Shown here in pieces: positions 36,327-48,500 of a stretch of DNA of 64,000 nucleotides (position 1 is its first letter; each line of letters begins with the position of its first letter). Source of the stretch: Eledone cirrhosa (taxonomy: Eukaryota); assembly GCA_964016885.1 (NCBI GenBank), contig OZ024749.1:7502001-7566000 (forward strand), given 5' to 3'. Under the pieces are notes generated by a model that saw only the letters and a list, made by a program, of their open reading frames with translations, made no database searches and was not told the DNA's origin. A program made the position numbers and the translations under genes.

Positions 36327-37846
36327 AACTTTGAATAACTTTGAAATGTTTTGGCCAGTATTGGCCCAGGCCATGTCTAACTTAATAGCACCACCTGGCG
36401 AAGTCTTTCAATTCAGGATTTGGGCACCATGGCCCATTCGAGAAGAGAACTACTGTTTGCGGAGACATATCCGGGTGTGGGTGGTTTGTCCGGGATTACT
36501 TGGAGGAATTTGTCCAAAGACTTCTTGAATTTTGTGTGGTCAGTTTCTGTTTTGACGTGTCCTGGTGTGATGTTGAAGAGAGCAGGGCCGATTGAGGTGA
36601 AATAATTGTGCCGTATTGTTGTTATGAGTTGCGATTTAGATGTTTGAATGGGACGGATAGCACGGGGCCCAAGCCTTGTGTGTATCTTGAAGGCGATGCC
36701 AACATCATTTGGGCAGTGATGATGGAACATTTTCCACATCATGCAGATAATATAACGCTCACGGCGACGTTGGAGTGAGTAAAGTTTCAGGTTTTCCAAT
36801 CGACCCCAGTAGTCAAGGTCTGACATGCCATCTATCTTTTTCGTGATTGCCCTTTGAGGAGCTTCAAGTTTCATGATACTTTGTTTCGTGTGGGGAGACC
36901 ACAGTGGACAACAGTATTCAAGGTGTGGTCGGGCGAAAGTAGAGAAGAGAAGGATAATGGTGCGGGAATCTCTCGACTGGAAGGTTCTGAGGATCCAGGA
37001 ACACATTCTGCGGGCCATGTCAACTTTGCTGCTTATATGCGTGGTCCAGCTTATGTTGCTGTCCACGGTTACTCCCAAGTCTCTGATGTTGTTAGATGCC
37101 ACGAGAGTTTCCCCGGGGGGAAGGGAGTACGGGAGTTTCAGAGCATCCTCTTTTCCAAAGTGGATCAGTTCGAATTTGTCTTCGTTCAGTAACATGTTGT
37201 TCTTTTCTGCCCATTGGGTTATAGCCAGTAGGTCTGACTGAAGGCTTATCCGGTCATCCACGCCATTGATGATCTTTTGGAGCTTGGAATCATCAGCGAA
37301 AATTTTAATGTTGCTGTGTTTGATGATGTCAGTGATGTCATTAATATAGATGATGAAGAGAAGTGGGCCCAACACAGTGCCTTGTGGGACTCCACTACTG
37401 ACTTTGGCTGGGCTTGATTTGACTCCCTCAACTACAACATGTTGGGTTCTGTTTGACAGGAAGCTCTTGATCCACTGCAGCAGCTTTCCAGTGACACCAA
37501 TATTGGACAGCTTTCTCAGTAGAATGTTATGATCAACCCTGTCAAAGGCCTTGCTGAAATCAAGGTAGATAACATCAGTGTTGGAACCCTCTCCCAAGGC
37601 TCTCAAAATGTCATCAAAGTGATGCAGTAGTTGCGTCAGGCAATCCCTTCCATTACGGAATCCATGCTGGTTGGAGTTCAGCATATTGTTACTCTCAAGG
37701 AAGTGGGTCATTCGCGTTCTCACCACTCGCTCAAATACCTTAATGATATGAGAGGTGAGTGAGATTGGACGGTAATTCACGGCAAGGGATTTGTTTCCCT
37801 TTTTGAAAACTGGGACAACAGACTGGGATAGAAGGTTTTCTGGCAC
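36327..37846 (-). mobile_element. CR1-clade LINE, 5'-truncated, uninterrupted RT frame (37846-36413)
   Basis: [47 protein letters not shown] and [10 protein letters not shown], with a TTCAAAGTTA x2 tail and (TA)n on both sides. The N-terminal part of the 691-aa track ORF is microsatellite read-through. Confidence 0.95.
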
Positions 37847-37938
<92 letters not shown>

Positions 37939-37971
37939 GTATGTATATATATATATGTATATATATATATG

Positions 37972-38016
<45 letters not shown>

Positions 38017-38017
38017 G

Positions 38018-38066
<49 letters not shown>

Positions 38067-38339
38067 GTATAGATATATATGTATATGTATATATATATAT
38101 ATGTATATATATATGTATATATATATGTATATATATATGTATATGTATATATGTATATATATATGTATATATATATGTATATATATATATGTATATATAT
38201 ATGTATATATATATGTATATATATATGTATATATATATGTATATATATATATGTATATGTATATATATATATGTATATGTATATGTATATATATATATGT
38301 ATATATATATGTATATATATAAATGTATGTATATATATG

Positions 38340-38374
<35 letters not shown>

Positions 38375-38707
38375 GTATATATATATGTATATATATATGT
38401 ATATATATATGTATAAAAACAAATAACGAAACGAAATTAAATTTCGTTTCGTTTGTAACTCACTTTTGTATGACTGACGCTTAAACAATTAAGTTAAAAA
38501 TGTACATCCGCATATGTATACTGAAATACTAGTATGCATATGAATACACACACGTATACATATGTAGATGTACCAAGTCTTTCTCTGGTTACTTTACTGT
38601 GAGTATCCAGCTATTCTGTATGTAAACACACAGACAAACCGGTTTTTAGAGTCATACTGGTTTTTGAGGAAACACCTTTCCTCTATTCTCCAGAAAGCCA
38701 GACAAGG

Positions 38708-38752
38708 AATATTGAACTAGTTTCGTTGTTGTTACAACTCATCAGCAATATT
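38708..38752 (-). ncRNA. Type I hammerhead ribozyme (466-nt family)
   Basis: Reverse complement of 39540-39584. Confidence 0.88.
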
Positions 38753-39173
38753 TACCTATCTACCGGCCTTTCTGGAGAATCGTAAAAGCACATATCGTTA
38801 TATGCTTTTTCTATGAAAATTAGTAGTGGGCAGACTAATTTGCATAGAGTGTGAGTACGTAGCGGTTCAACGGAGACGATAAAAACAAATAACGAAACGA
38901 AATTAAATTTCGTTTCGTTTGTAACTCACTTTTGTATGACTGACGCTTAAACAATTAAGTTAAAAATGTACATCCGCATATGTATACTGAAATACTAGTA
39001 TGCATATGAATACACACACGTATACATATGTAGATGTACCAAGTCTTTTACTGGTTACTTTACTGTGAGTATCCAGCTATTCTGTATGTAAACACACAGA
39101 CAAACCGGTTTTTAGAGTCATACTGGTTTTTGAGGAAACACCTTTCCTCTATTCTCCAGAAAGCCAGACAAGG

Positions 39174-39218
39174 AATATTGAACTAGTTTCGTTGTTGTTA
39201 CAACTCATCAGCAATATT
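39174..39218 (-). ncRNA. Type I hammerhead ribozyme (466-nt family)
   Basis: Identical to 38708-38752, offset by 466 nt. Confidence 0.88.
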
Positions 39219-39539
39219 TACCTATCTACCGGCCTTTCTGGAGAATCGTAAAAGCACATATCGTTATATGCCTTTTCTATGAAAATTAGTAGTGGGCAGA
39301 CTAATTTGCATAGAGTGTGAGTACGTACCGGTTCAACGGAGACAATAAAAACAAATAACGAAACGAAATTAAATTTCGTTTCGTTTGTAACTCACTTTTG
39401 TATGACTGACGCTTAGTCAGTTTTCATAAAATTTTCATAAAATGTTCATAAAATTAGTCTGCCCACTACTAATTTTCATAGAAAAAGCATATAACGATAT
39501 GTGCTTTTACGATTCTCCAGAAAGGCCGGTAGATAGGTA

Positions 39540-39584
39540 AATATTGCTGATGAGTTGTAACAACAACGAAACTAGTTCAATATT
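39540..39584 (+). ncRNA. Type I hammerhead ribozyme (466-nt family)
   Basis: AATATTG-CTGATGA-GTTGT-aaca-ACAAC-GAAAC-ta-GTT|CAATATT: stem I 7 bp, stem II 5 bp, canonical core, palindromic stem III AACTAGTT. Confidence 0.88.
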
Positions 39585-39600
39585 CCTTGTCTGGCTTTCT

Positions 39601-40751
39601 GTGTTTGTTGGTGGTATTTAGTGATAGGTCAACAGAACATAACTTACTATGAAGCGTTTGTTGGTATTATTTAGTGATAGGTCAACAGAACATAGCTTAG
39701 TATGAAGCGTTTGTTGGTGGTATTTAGTGATAGGTCAACAGAGCATAGCTTACTATGAAGTGTTTGTAGGTGGTATTTAGTGATAGGTCAACAGAACATA
39801 GCTTACTATGAAGTGTTTGTTGGTGGTATTTAGTGATAGATAGGTCAACAGAACATAACTTACTATGAAGTGTTTGTTGGTGGTATTTAGTGATAGGTCA
39901 ACAGAACATAGCTTAGTATGAAGTGTTTGTTGGTGGTATTTAGTGATAGGTCAACAGAACATAGCTTACTATGAAGTGTTTGTTGGTGGTATTTGGTGAT
40001 AGGTCAACAGAACATAGCTTAGTATGAAGTGTTTGTTGGTGGTATTTAGTGATAGGTCAACAGAACATAGCTTAATATGAAGTGTTTGTTGGTGGTATTT
40101 AGTGATAGGTCAACAGAACATAGCTTACTATGAAGTGTTTGTTTGTGGTATTTAGTGATAGGTCAACAGAACATAGCTTACTATGAAGTGTTTGTTGATG
40201 GTATTTAGTGATAGGTCAATAGAACATGGCTAAATATGAAGTGTTTGTTGGTGGTATTTAGTGATAGGTCAACAGAACATAACTTACTATGAAGTGTTTG
40301 TTGGTGGTATTTAGTGATAGGTCAACAGAACATAACTTACTATGAAGTGTTTGTTGGTGGTATTTAGTGATAGGTCAACAGAACATAGCTTACTATGAAG
40401 TGTTTGTTGGTGGTATTTAGTGATAGGTCGACAGAACATAGCTTACTATGAAGTGTTTGTTGGTGGTATTTAGTGATAGGTCAACAGAACATAGCTTAAT
40501 ATGAAGTGTTTGTTGGTGGTATTTAGTGATAAGTCGACAGAACATAGCTTACTATGAAGTGTTTGTTGGTGGTATTTAGTGATAGGTCAACAGAACATAG
40601 CTTACTATGAAGTGTTTGTAGGTGGTATTTAGTGATAGGTCAACAGAACATAGCTTACTATGAAGTGTTTGTAGGTGGTATTTAGTGATAGGTCAACAGA
40701 ACATAGCTTAGTATGAAGTGTTTGTTGGTGGTATTTAGTGATAGGTCAACA
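39601..40751. repeat. 53-bp minisatellite, about 21.7 copies
   Basis: Unit GTGTTTGTTGGTGGTATTTAGTGATAGGTCAACAGAACATAGCTTACTATGAA, head to tail with no spacers. Confidence 0.95.
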
Positions 40752-40988
40752 GCGAAGCAGATCTATGATCAAACCATTCCGTCGTTTGAGAAGGTATCAA
40801 GCACTGCGTTATTTTTGGGGTCCTATCTCCATCTTTAAGGCTAATGGTAGTGATTTGAGGGCAAAATGACTGCTACTTCGTATATCAATTGACTCATCGG
40901 GACTGTAAAGATAGTATCTATGATAAACGTGATGCAGATGTGAAAGGTCGCAGTAGTAAGAATAATAGTTATTTATTTTATGGAGAAC

Positions 40989-41480
40989 GAAGATGATCTT
41001 GATAAGGGCTGTGGTAATTGACAGCCATACTATTAATGGTGATGGTAGTAAGGATGGTGATGGGGATGATACTGATGGTGATGGTGATGATGGTGATGGT
41101 GATGATGGTGATGATGGTGATGATGGTGAAGATGATCTTGATAAGGGCTGTTGTAATTGACACCATACTATTAATGGTGATGGTAGTAAGGATGGTGATG
41201 GGGATGATACTGATGGTGATGGTGATGATGGTGATGATGGCGATGATGATGATGATGGGGATGGTGATAATGGTGGTGCTGATGGTGATGATGATGATGA
41301 GGTTGTTAAGGATGGTGATAAGGATGTTGATGATGATGATGGTGATGATGGTCGTGATTAGGGCTTTTGTAATTGACAGCCATACAATCAATGGTGATGA
41401 TAGTAAGGATGATGGTGATGGTGATGATGATGATGATGATGGTGATGATATTGGTGACGATGTTAACAATGATGAGATGG
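40989..41480. repeat. (GAT/GGT)n tract with a ~139-bp higher-order duplication
   Basis: GAAGATGATCTTGATAAGGGCTG occurs at 40989 and 41128, with a partial third copy near 41360. Confidence 0.85.
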
Positions 41481-41686
41481 AGGCGACGGCGTAATAGAAG
41501 GAGGAAAGGTTGGAGGAGGTGGAGTGGTAGAAGGATGGGGGAGGGGAAGGAGAGGAGGAGGGGTTACAAAAAAAGATGAAAACCAAAGATGAGACTGTGA
41601 CTAATGTAGAACACCTGCTGGCGTTAATGTTTCATGTAGAATATTCTATCCGATTATAACAGTACAACATATATTTATATATATGT

Positions 41687-41883
41687 ATAGGAAAAAGTAT
41701 GATCCCGACGGCAGAGCTCAAGCCGTTTCGACGGCTATTTTATGGACTGATGATAGCCGTCGAAACGGCTTGAGCTTTGCCGTCGGGGTCATACTTTTTC
41801 CTATTTCCCACTCTACTACCCTAAGTATTGAGTACTCTGGTGCGTTATGGTCCATCTGGTTCCTTACCACAATTCCTTTGTTA
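41687..41883 (+). mobile_element. Family A element; the only copy with CTGATGA ahead of the GAAAC motif
   Basis: GGA-CTGATGA-TAGCCGTC-GAAACGGC...GCCGTC, within hairpin 41687-41804. Confidence 0.85.
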
Positions 41884-41929
41884 TATATATATATATTTAT
41901 ATATATATAATATATATATATATATAAAA

Positions 41930-42289
41930 TTAATAAAATCAATGAAATAAAAACAAAGAACAAGTTCCTTATATTAAAAGATTAATCATTTTACGATCGT
42001 TTCTAGGATGTATATGTGTGTTGGTAGGTATATCATATAGATCTATGTAAAAATATTACAAACTAACAGAGGAAATATACATACCTTTACGTATATATGA
42101 TGATCATTTATGAAGACAGCATATATACGTGAAGGTATGTATATTTCCTCTGATAGTTTGTAATATTTTTACATAGATCTATATGATATACATACCAACA
42201 CACATATACATCCTAGAAACGATCGTAAAATGATGAATCTTTTAATATAAGGAACTTGTTCTTTGTTTTTATTTCATTGATTTTATTAA

Positions 42290-42338
<49 letters not shown>

Positions 42339-42414
42339 TATGAATATATTTATATTATGAATCTTTTAATATAAGGAACTTGTTCTTTGTTTTTATTTCA
42401 TTGATTTTATTAAT
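41930..42414. mobile_element. 170-bp-arm palindrome with a long-stem-II hammerhead-like fold (42103-42234) and an extra tail copy
   Basis: 41930-42099 pairs with 42120-42289, and the tail is repeated at 42358-42414. Confidence 0.8.
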
Positions 42415-42851
42415 TTATCTTGACATATGATTTTCATCGAAAATTTTTGTATTGCATCTTCTCTTTTCATGATATTTGGATTACATTGAGTTCTTCATAC
42501 GGATTGGACACTACCGTATATTTTGGTAGATTTTATCTACACACACATATATATATATATATGTATATATTATAAAATAAGAAGGAATAATAGACACAAT
42601 ATATACCTATTTTTTCCTCGTCCCGACTGTACAGTTTCACTGGTCACTATGCAAAAATGATATATCATAGATATGTAACATTGTCGAGAGGTAAGCCAGC
42701 TTATCAAGGGAGCACCTCAGGGAATTATTTCGATTATCTTGTCTCTCATAATCATAGAGCAACACTGGTTAAGGTCGACAACATACACTCTCACATACTT
42801 GTGAAAAATATATGTTTATGTATGCAATATATCTGTATACCTCTCATTATT

Positions 42852-43040
42852 GGTGGGTTGGCAGTATCGGTAGAGGGTCGGACACCATGCTTTGACGCAT
42901 AGAGTTACGGCCCTTGCCATTCTGAGTTCAAATCCCGCCGAGGTTAACTTTGCCTTTCATCCTTACGGGGTCGATAAAATAAAGTACCAGTAATGCACTG
43001 GGTAATTTGCTGGCCTTGTGCCTAAAGTAGAAACAATTAT
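42852..43040 (+). mobile_element. SINE family 1
   Basis: Nearly identical to 20321-20509. Confidence 0.9.
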
Positions 43041-43394
43041 TGCATATATATATATATATATATATAAAGCCAGAGGAAAAATATATATGAATATAAAGAG
43101 AAAGAACCATGCATCGTATAGGTAACACATAATATTATATATATATATATGACTTAGAGTTTTCGTTCTCTCTCCTTTTCTCTATCTCCTCTCTCTCTAT
43201 CTTTCTCTCTCTGTTGTTCTGCTCTCTCTCTTTCTCTTTTCTTCGTAACCCAAAGGCTTATTTAAAAATATCCAATACTAACTTACCTAATAATATAATT
43301 AAAGTTACAACCCCACTATCCGGGAGCTTCCAACAGTAATGGTTGCATTCTTTAAGGGTATGTCAATATTTATTTATAAAACAGCTCTATATTA

Positions 43395-43459
43395 TATTTT
43401 ATCTGATGAAAGCACACTATAATTTAACTTGGTGTCCTTGAAATATGTATAATGAAATA
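43395..43459 (+). ncRNA. Hammerhead-like motif in a Penelope-like 3' repeat (family E, about 43160-43499)
   Basis: TATTTTAT-CTGATGA-AAG..ACACTA..TGGTGT..CTT-GAAA-TATGTA-TA|ATGAAATA, with a paralog at 58583. Confidence 0.62.
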
Positions 43460-43516
43460 AATATGGTTTTATAAATATAGTTTCCATTTGTTAATATCGT
43501 ATATATATATATATAT

Positions 43517-43577
<61 letters not shown>

Positions 43578-44116
43578 ATCTGTGTTACCTATACGATACA
43601 TGGTTCTTTAACTAAATCTCGCAACCTAAACCTTAAAGTTTTTTTAAACTGTTTAATTTTTAATTTTCTCATTTTATTTTATTTTATAATTTTAATCTTT
43701 AATTTAATTTTTTTAAATTTCATTCTATAAATCTAAAAAAAATTTAACGTTCCAATTTTCTGTTCACGCATTATACCATGCAGACGCCCACTATATATAC
43801 CTCTGTTATAATATATACCTCTGTTAAGATATAGGTTCTTTAGAATAACATTTTTCGCGGCAATCCCTAGCCTGATTGTAGCATGACATTAACGCTAAAT
43901 TTTCTTCTTTCTTTCTGTCTTTTTTTCTCTTTGAACGGGAAGTTAGTAGCACATTATAAGCTTTCGCCCCCTCACCAGATAGCCTTGAGTAGCCCGAATA
44001 GCCAGCACTTGAGGGCTACCGGCTAAAGTGGAAGATGCTAGATGGTCGGTCGTCCTCGGGTCTATGATTTTCAGACCCATGGATTTTATCTGTTACGTTC
44101 ATTTATTATATTTCGA

Positions 44117-44174
44117 ATACCTGATGATATCACCGGATCCATACGGAACCCGGTCATTCGAATGATCATAGTAT
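44117..44174 (+). ncRNA. Decayed hammerhead-like motif
   Basis: ATAC-CTGATGA-..ACCGG..CCGGT..-GAA-TGATCA-TA|GTAT; one A of GAAA is missing. Confidence 0.45.
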
Positions 44175-44908
44175 AATAAACCTTTCAAGGATTTACACAA
44201 GTCCAGCCTCCTGTTATTTTATAATAATAATTAACTCCGTACTCGCACCACCAACTACACAAACGAAGACAGTTGAGCTGCTTTACGTTGAGTACTCTCC
44301 ATATTATTACATCAAGATTGACCATACGAATGACCAACTCTATCCAGTGGTGAACCTTCAAACCTAAATAAATATATATGTATATATATATATACAGAGA
44401 GAGAGAGTGTGTGTGTATATGTATATTGGTGTGTATATGTACATGTGTGCATATGTATATATATATATATGTGTGTATATATGTATGTGTGCGCGTGTGT
44501 GTATATGTGTATGTATATATGTATATATGTGAGTGTTTATGTGTGTGTATATATGTGGGTGACTTGCGAAATACCAAACCCAGTATGAATTCATTGAAGT
44601 GTGTCGGACGGAGAATAGCTGATGAACAGAATGGCAGAAATTATTGGCCAGAATTTTATGATGACGTAGAAAAACAACAGCCAAGAGCAGGACAGGCGAG
44701 GAAGATGTTTTTTGAAGCTTAAACCCCAGTGAGAAAATTTGTTCCGAAATTAATGGAAGTGTCCGACGAACCTGCAGTTATAGAATCAGACAGATCCATA
44801 CAATGATCGTGTCACGAGCAGTCTGCCGGTGAAACAATTGTAACACACAATAAATTGAGTCCAGACACATCACTGATTTTTCGTTTTATATTATATATAT
44901 ATATATAT

Positions 44909-45105
44909 ATAGGAAAATGTTTAATCCCGACGGCAGAGCTCAAGCCGTTTCGACGGCTATTTCTGGAGTCCAGAAATAGCCGTCGAAACGGCTTGAGCTC
45001 TGCCGTCGGGGTTAAAAGTGTTCCTATTGCTCACTCTACTACCCTAAGTATTGAGTACTCTAGTGCGTTATGGTCCTTCTGGTTCCTTAGCACACTTCCT
45101 TCGTT
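44909..45105 (+). mobile_element. Family A element with palindromic head
   Basis: Hairpin 44909-45027 with (TA)n flanks. Confidence 0.88.
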
Positions 45106-45226
45106 ATATATATATATATATGTGTGTGTGTGTATGTATGTATGTATGTATGTATATATATATGTATGTATGTATGTATACATATATATGTATGTATGTA
45201 TGTATATATATATATATGTATGTATG

Positions 45227-45259
<33 letters not shown>

Positions 45260-45554
45260 ATATATATGTATGTATATATATATGTATGTATGTATATATA
45301 TATGTATGTATGTATATATATATGTATGTATGTATGTATATATATATATATGTATGCATGTATGTATATATGTATGCATGTATGTATATATGTATGCATG
45401 TATGTATATATATATGTATGTATGTATATATGTATGTATGTATATATATATATATGTATGTATGTGTATATATATATATATGTATGTATGTATGTATATG
45501 TATATATGTATGTATGTATATGTATATATATATGTATGTATATATATATATATA

Positions 45555-48500
45555 TGTTTTCTCTTTCTCTTAATTTTGAGTATATTTTTTTGACCGGCCA
45601 CCTTCCTGGTGGCAAGGTTGTAAAAGAAAAGAAATTGTCATCCCTTGAATCGCAAGAATGTTTTGCAAATTTTGAAGGTGCCAGCTATCGCAGCCATTTG
45701 TAGACTATGAATTAGGGAGCTGCGCTTTTTGTCCGCAAATCCAAGTTCACTCATACTTTGGTCCAAGCGGGTTGGTATATAACCCGTAGCACCAATAATG
45801 ATGGGTATGAAGCTAAAGGTGTATCTTGGATACTGGATTTGTAAACTCCTCATCAATGGTCCGTAGATGTCCTCCTTCTCCTGTATTTTTCTGACAACGT
45901 TTACATCAAGTGGGCAGCTGATCTCCACAACAGAACACGTTTTCAATGTGTGGTCCCAAACTACAATATCAGGCCGGTTGTGCTTTAATCTGGTGGCAGT
46001 TTTTATTTTCAGGTTCCACCAGTATTCCTTAGTGCCATCTGTCTCAATATATTCTTCCTCGTTTGTTGATAATTTTGTTTTCCGAAGTGCGTTCCAGATG
46101 GTTCTAGCTATCCCATCGTGTCTCATGGGGAGGTAGTAGCGAGATGACATTCTTTCGCAGCTGGCAACAATGTGGCTTACATCCTCGATCTTTGTTTTAC
46201 ATAGCCTACATTTATTGTCAGCTGCTGGCCCTCCTCTTTTGTGCAGCAGATATTTGGTAGGGAGTTCTTGTTCCTGTATTGCATAGAGATATCCCTCAAG
46301 GTGTGATGTCATAAACTTGTCGGAACTCCATGCCAGGCTTTTTGAGTGGTTTATCCCCTCTATGGTCTGTGTTTTACACCTCAAGTATCCATGCACAACT
46401 TTTTCTGTAAATTGGTCAATTTCTTTTTCTTGTTTGAACATTGAATAGGATCTTCCGATTTCTCTGGGTGAGAGATTTATATCGGGCTTTATTTCATATC
46501 TCTCCTCCAGATCAGTCGCTATTCTAATGATATTTCTTTTTTCATGGTCATAAACCTGGGCAAGATGGTTGCCAACCTTTTTCCTCTGTTGAAGGTGTTG
46601 CTTCAGTGTCACTATCCGGGTCTCATATGTTGTTAATATTGATTTTAGACCCCGGCCACCTTCCTTGCGTGAGAAGTATAGCCTATCCACATCACCATTG
46701 ATGTTAAAGTTCCCAGTAACACTGAGAAGTTTTCGAGTTCTAACATCCATCTCACTTAGTTCTTGCAATGACCAGTTCAGTAGGCCAAATGTTGGCGTTA
46801 GAATTGGCACAGCATAAGTATTGTGGGCAATGTATTTGTTGTATGCTGACAGTTCTGATGACCATATTTTCTTTACTCTTCTGAGGTATTCAGTTCTGGT
46901 TTTCTCCTTATTTATGGGTCCATCATATCTGACATTCTCATCCTGTCCAAGATATCTGTAGTTGTCACCTGACTGCAGAGGTTGTATTGTCAGGCCGTTC
47001 ATCTCTAGATTTCTAGAGGAGGGCACAGCTCTTCCACGTTTTACTGCCAAATATGCACACTTGGACTCACCAAATTTCATTTTGATGTCGGTTGAAAATT
47101 GTGTAATGAGGTCCAATTGTTTCTTGATGTCATTGATATTTGGCCCATACAACTTCAGGTCATCAACAAAGAAAAGATGGGAGATACTTCTGGTCCCACT
47201 TCTTTGTCGACCTTGTTTCCTGAGTAGGTAAGATAGTGGATTCAGTGAGAGAACGAAGAGTAGCACCGACAAGCTATCACCCTGAAAGATGCCCTTCTGG
47301 TAATGTATCTTATCAGTCCTAACCTGCTCCTTCTCACCTCTAAGGATCAAACTGGTGTACCAGTTCTTGGTCAGGCGTTCAACAGCAGCTACCAATGGTT
47401 GTGGGACTTTAGCTAACTGTAAAGCCTTAACAATCCACCCATGAGGTACACTATCAAATGCTTTTTGATAGTCCAGCCACACGACAGTCATGTTTCTGCG
47501 ATTCTTTGTTGTTTTTTCCTGAATTATTTTGTTAGTTAGTAGGTGATCTATGCAACCCCACACCTCCCTCTTTCCACCAGCTTGCTCAGGTGTTATGATG
47601 TTGTTGGTAGCACAGTGATCCTGTAAGAACAGGTTAAGGCACCCAGTATATAATTTATACATGATGTTTTGGCAGGCAATTGGGCGGTAATTTTTAGCAA
47701 GGGTGGTTTGGCTATTTTTGGGAATGAGGAGAGTAGAGGCAGTTGATAACCATCTGGGCAGTTCTTGTGTGCCCTTAATGGTTTCTGTAAACAGCCGTAT
47801 GAGATCTTGCCGATAGAAAGTGAAATTCTTCAACCAGTATCCTGTAATGAGGTCTGGGCCTGGCGATTTCCTATTCGACATTTTCTGTAGAGCTGTTTCC
47901 AGTATTGACCCATCTATGTCATATTGTTTTGTCTGGACATGTTGGCAGTAGTCCTGTTCCAGTTCTTTTAGCCAATTAGCTTGTCTGTTGAATCCGTCAT
48001 CCGTTTCCCATACAGATCTCCAGTAGCTCTCAACCTGTTCTTTTGAAGGGGTGTCATTTACAGAGATTGAGCTTTTGCCACCAAAGCTGCGATAAACTGA
48101 TTTAGGATCTCTGGCAAACAATCTATTTAGCACTTGTCGTTTATGTGCTGTTGACTTATATTTTAGTCTTTCTGTTGTAGCTGTGAGTTGTTGTTTCAAC
48201 TGGTGTAATTTGGAGTTCAAAGTTTTAAATTTTGTATCTCCAAATCTTCTCTCTAACTTTTTCTTTAGGTCTTCCTGGTGTTGTGTGAAGTTGCTCTCTA
48301 TGTTGCATTTCATAACGACTGCGATGTGTGAGATACTTCGTCTCAGGGACAAAATTTTGGTTTTTAAATTTCGCATCCACGCTGGTTCAGGCTTTCTGTT
48401 TGTATCTTGATTGCGTGGTTTTAGATGTGTGTTATATGCTAGCAATGTGACAGCTGAAACATATAACAAAACATTAAGCGTTTCAAATGTCGTTTCTACA

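Larger units (their letters stand above)
38414..39600. mobile_element. Tandem and inverted array of a 466-nt hammerhead-containing unit (retrozyme or Penelope pLTR-like)
   Basis: TAAAAACAAATAACGAAACG recurs at 38414, 38880 and 39346, and 39452-39600 is an inverted partial copy. Confidence 0.9.

Noticed and set aside
39601-40751. CRISPR-like regular array
   Set aside because: The units are contiguous with no unique spacers, there are no cas genes, and the context is eukaryotic.
40978-41586. Met/Val-rich and Ile/Thr-rich ORFs
   Set aside because: They are translations of a (GAT/GGT)n repeat.
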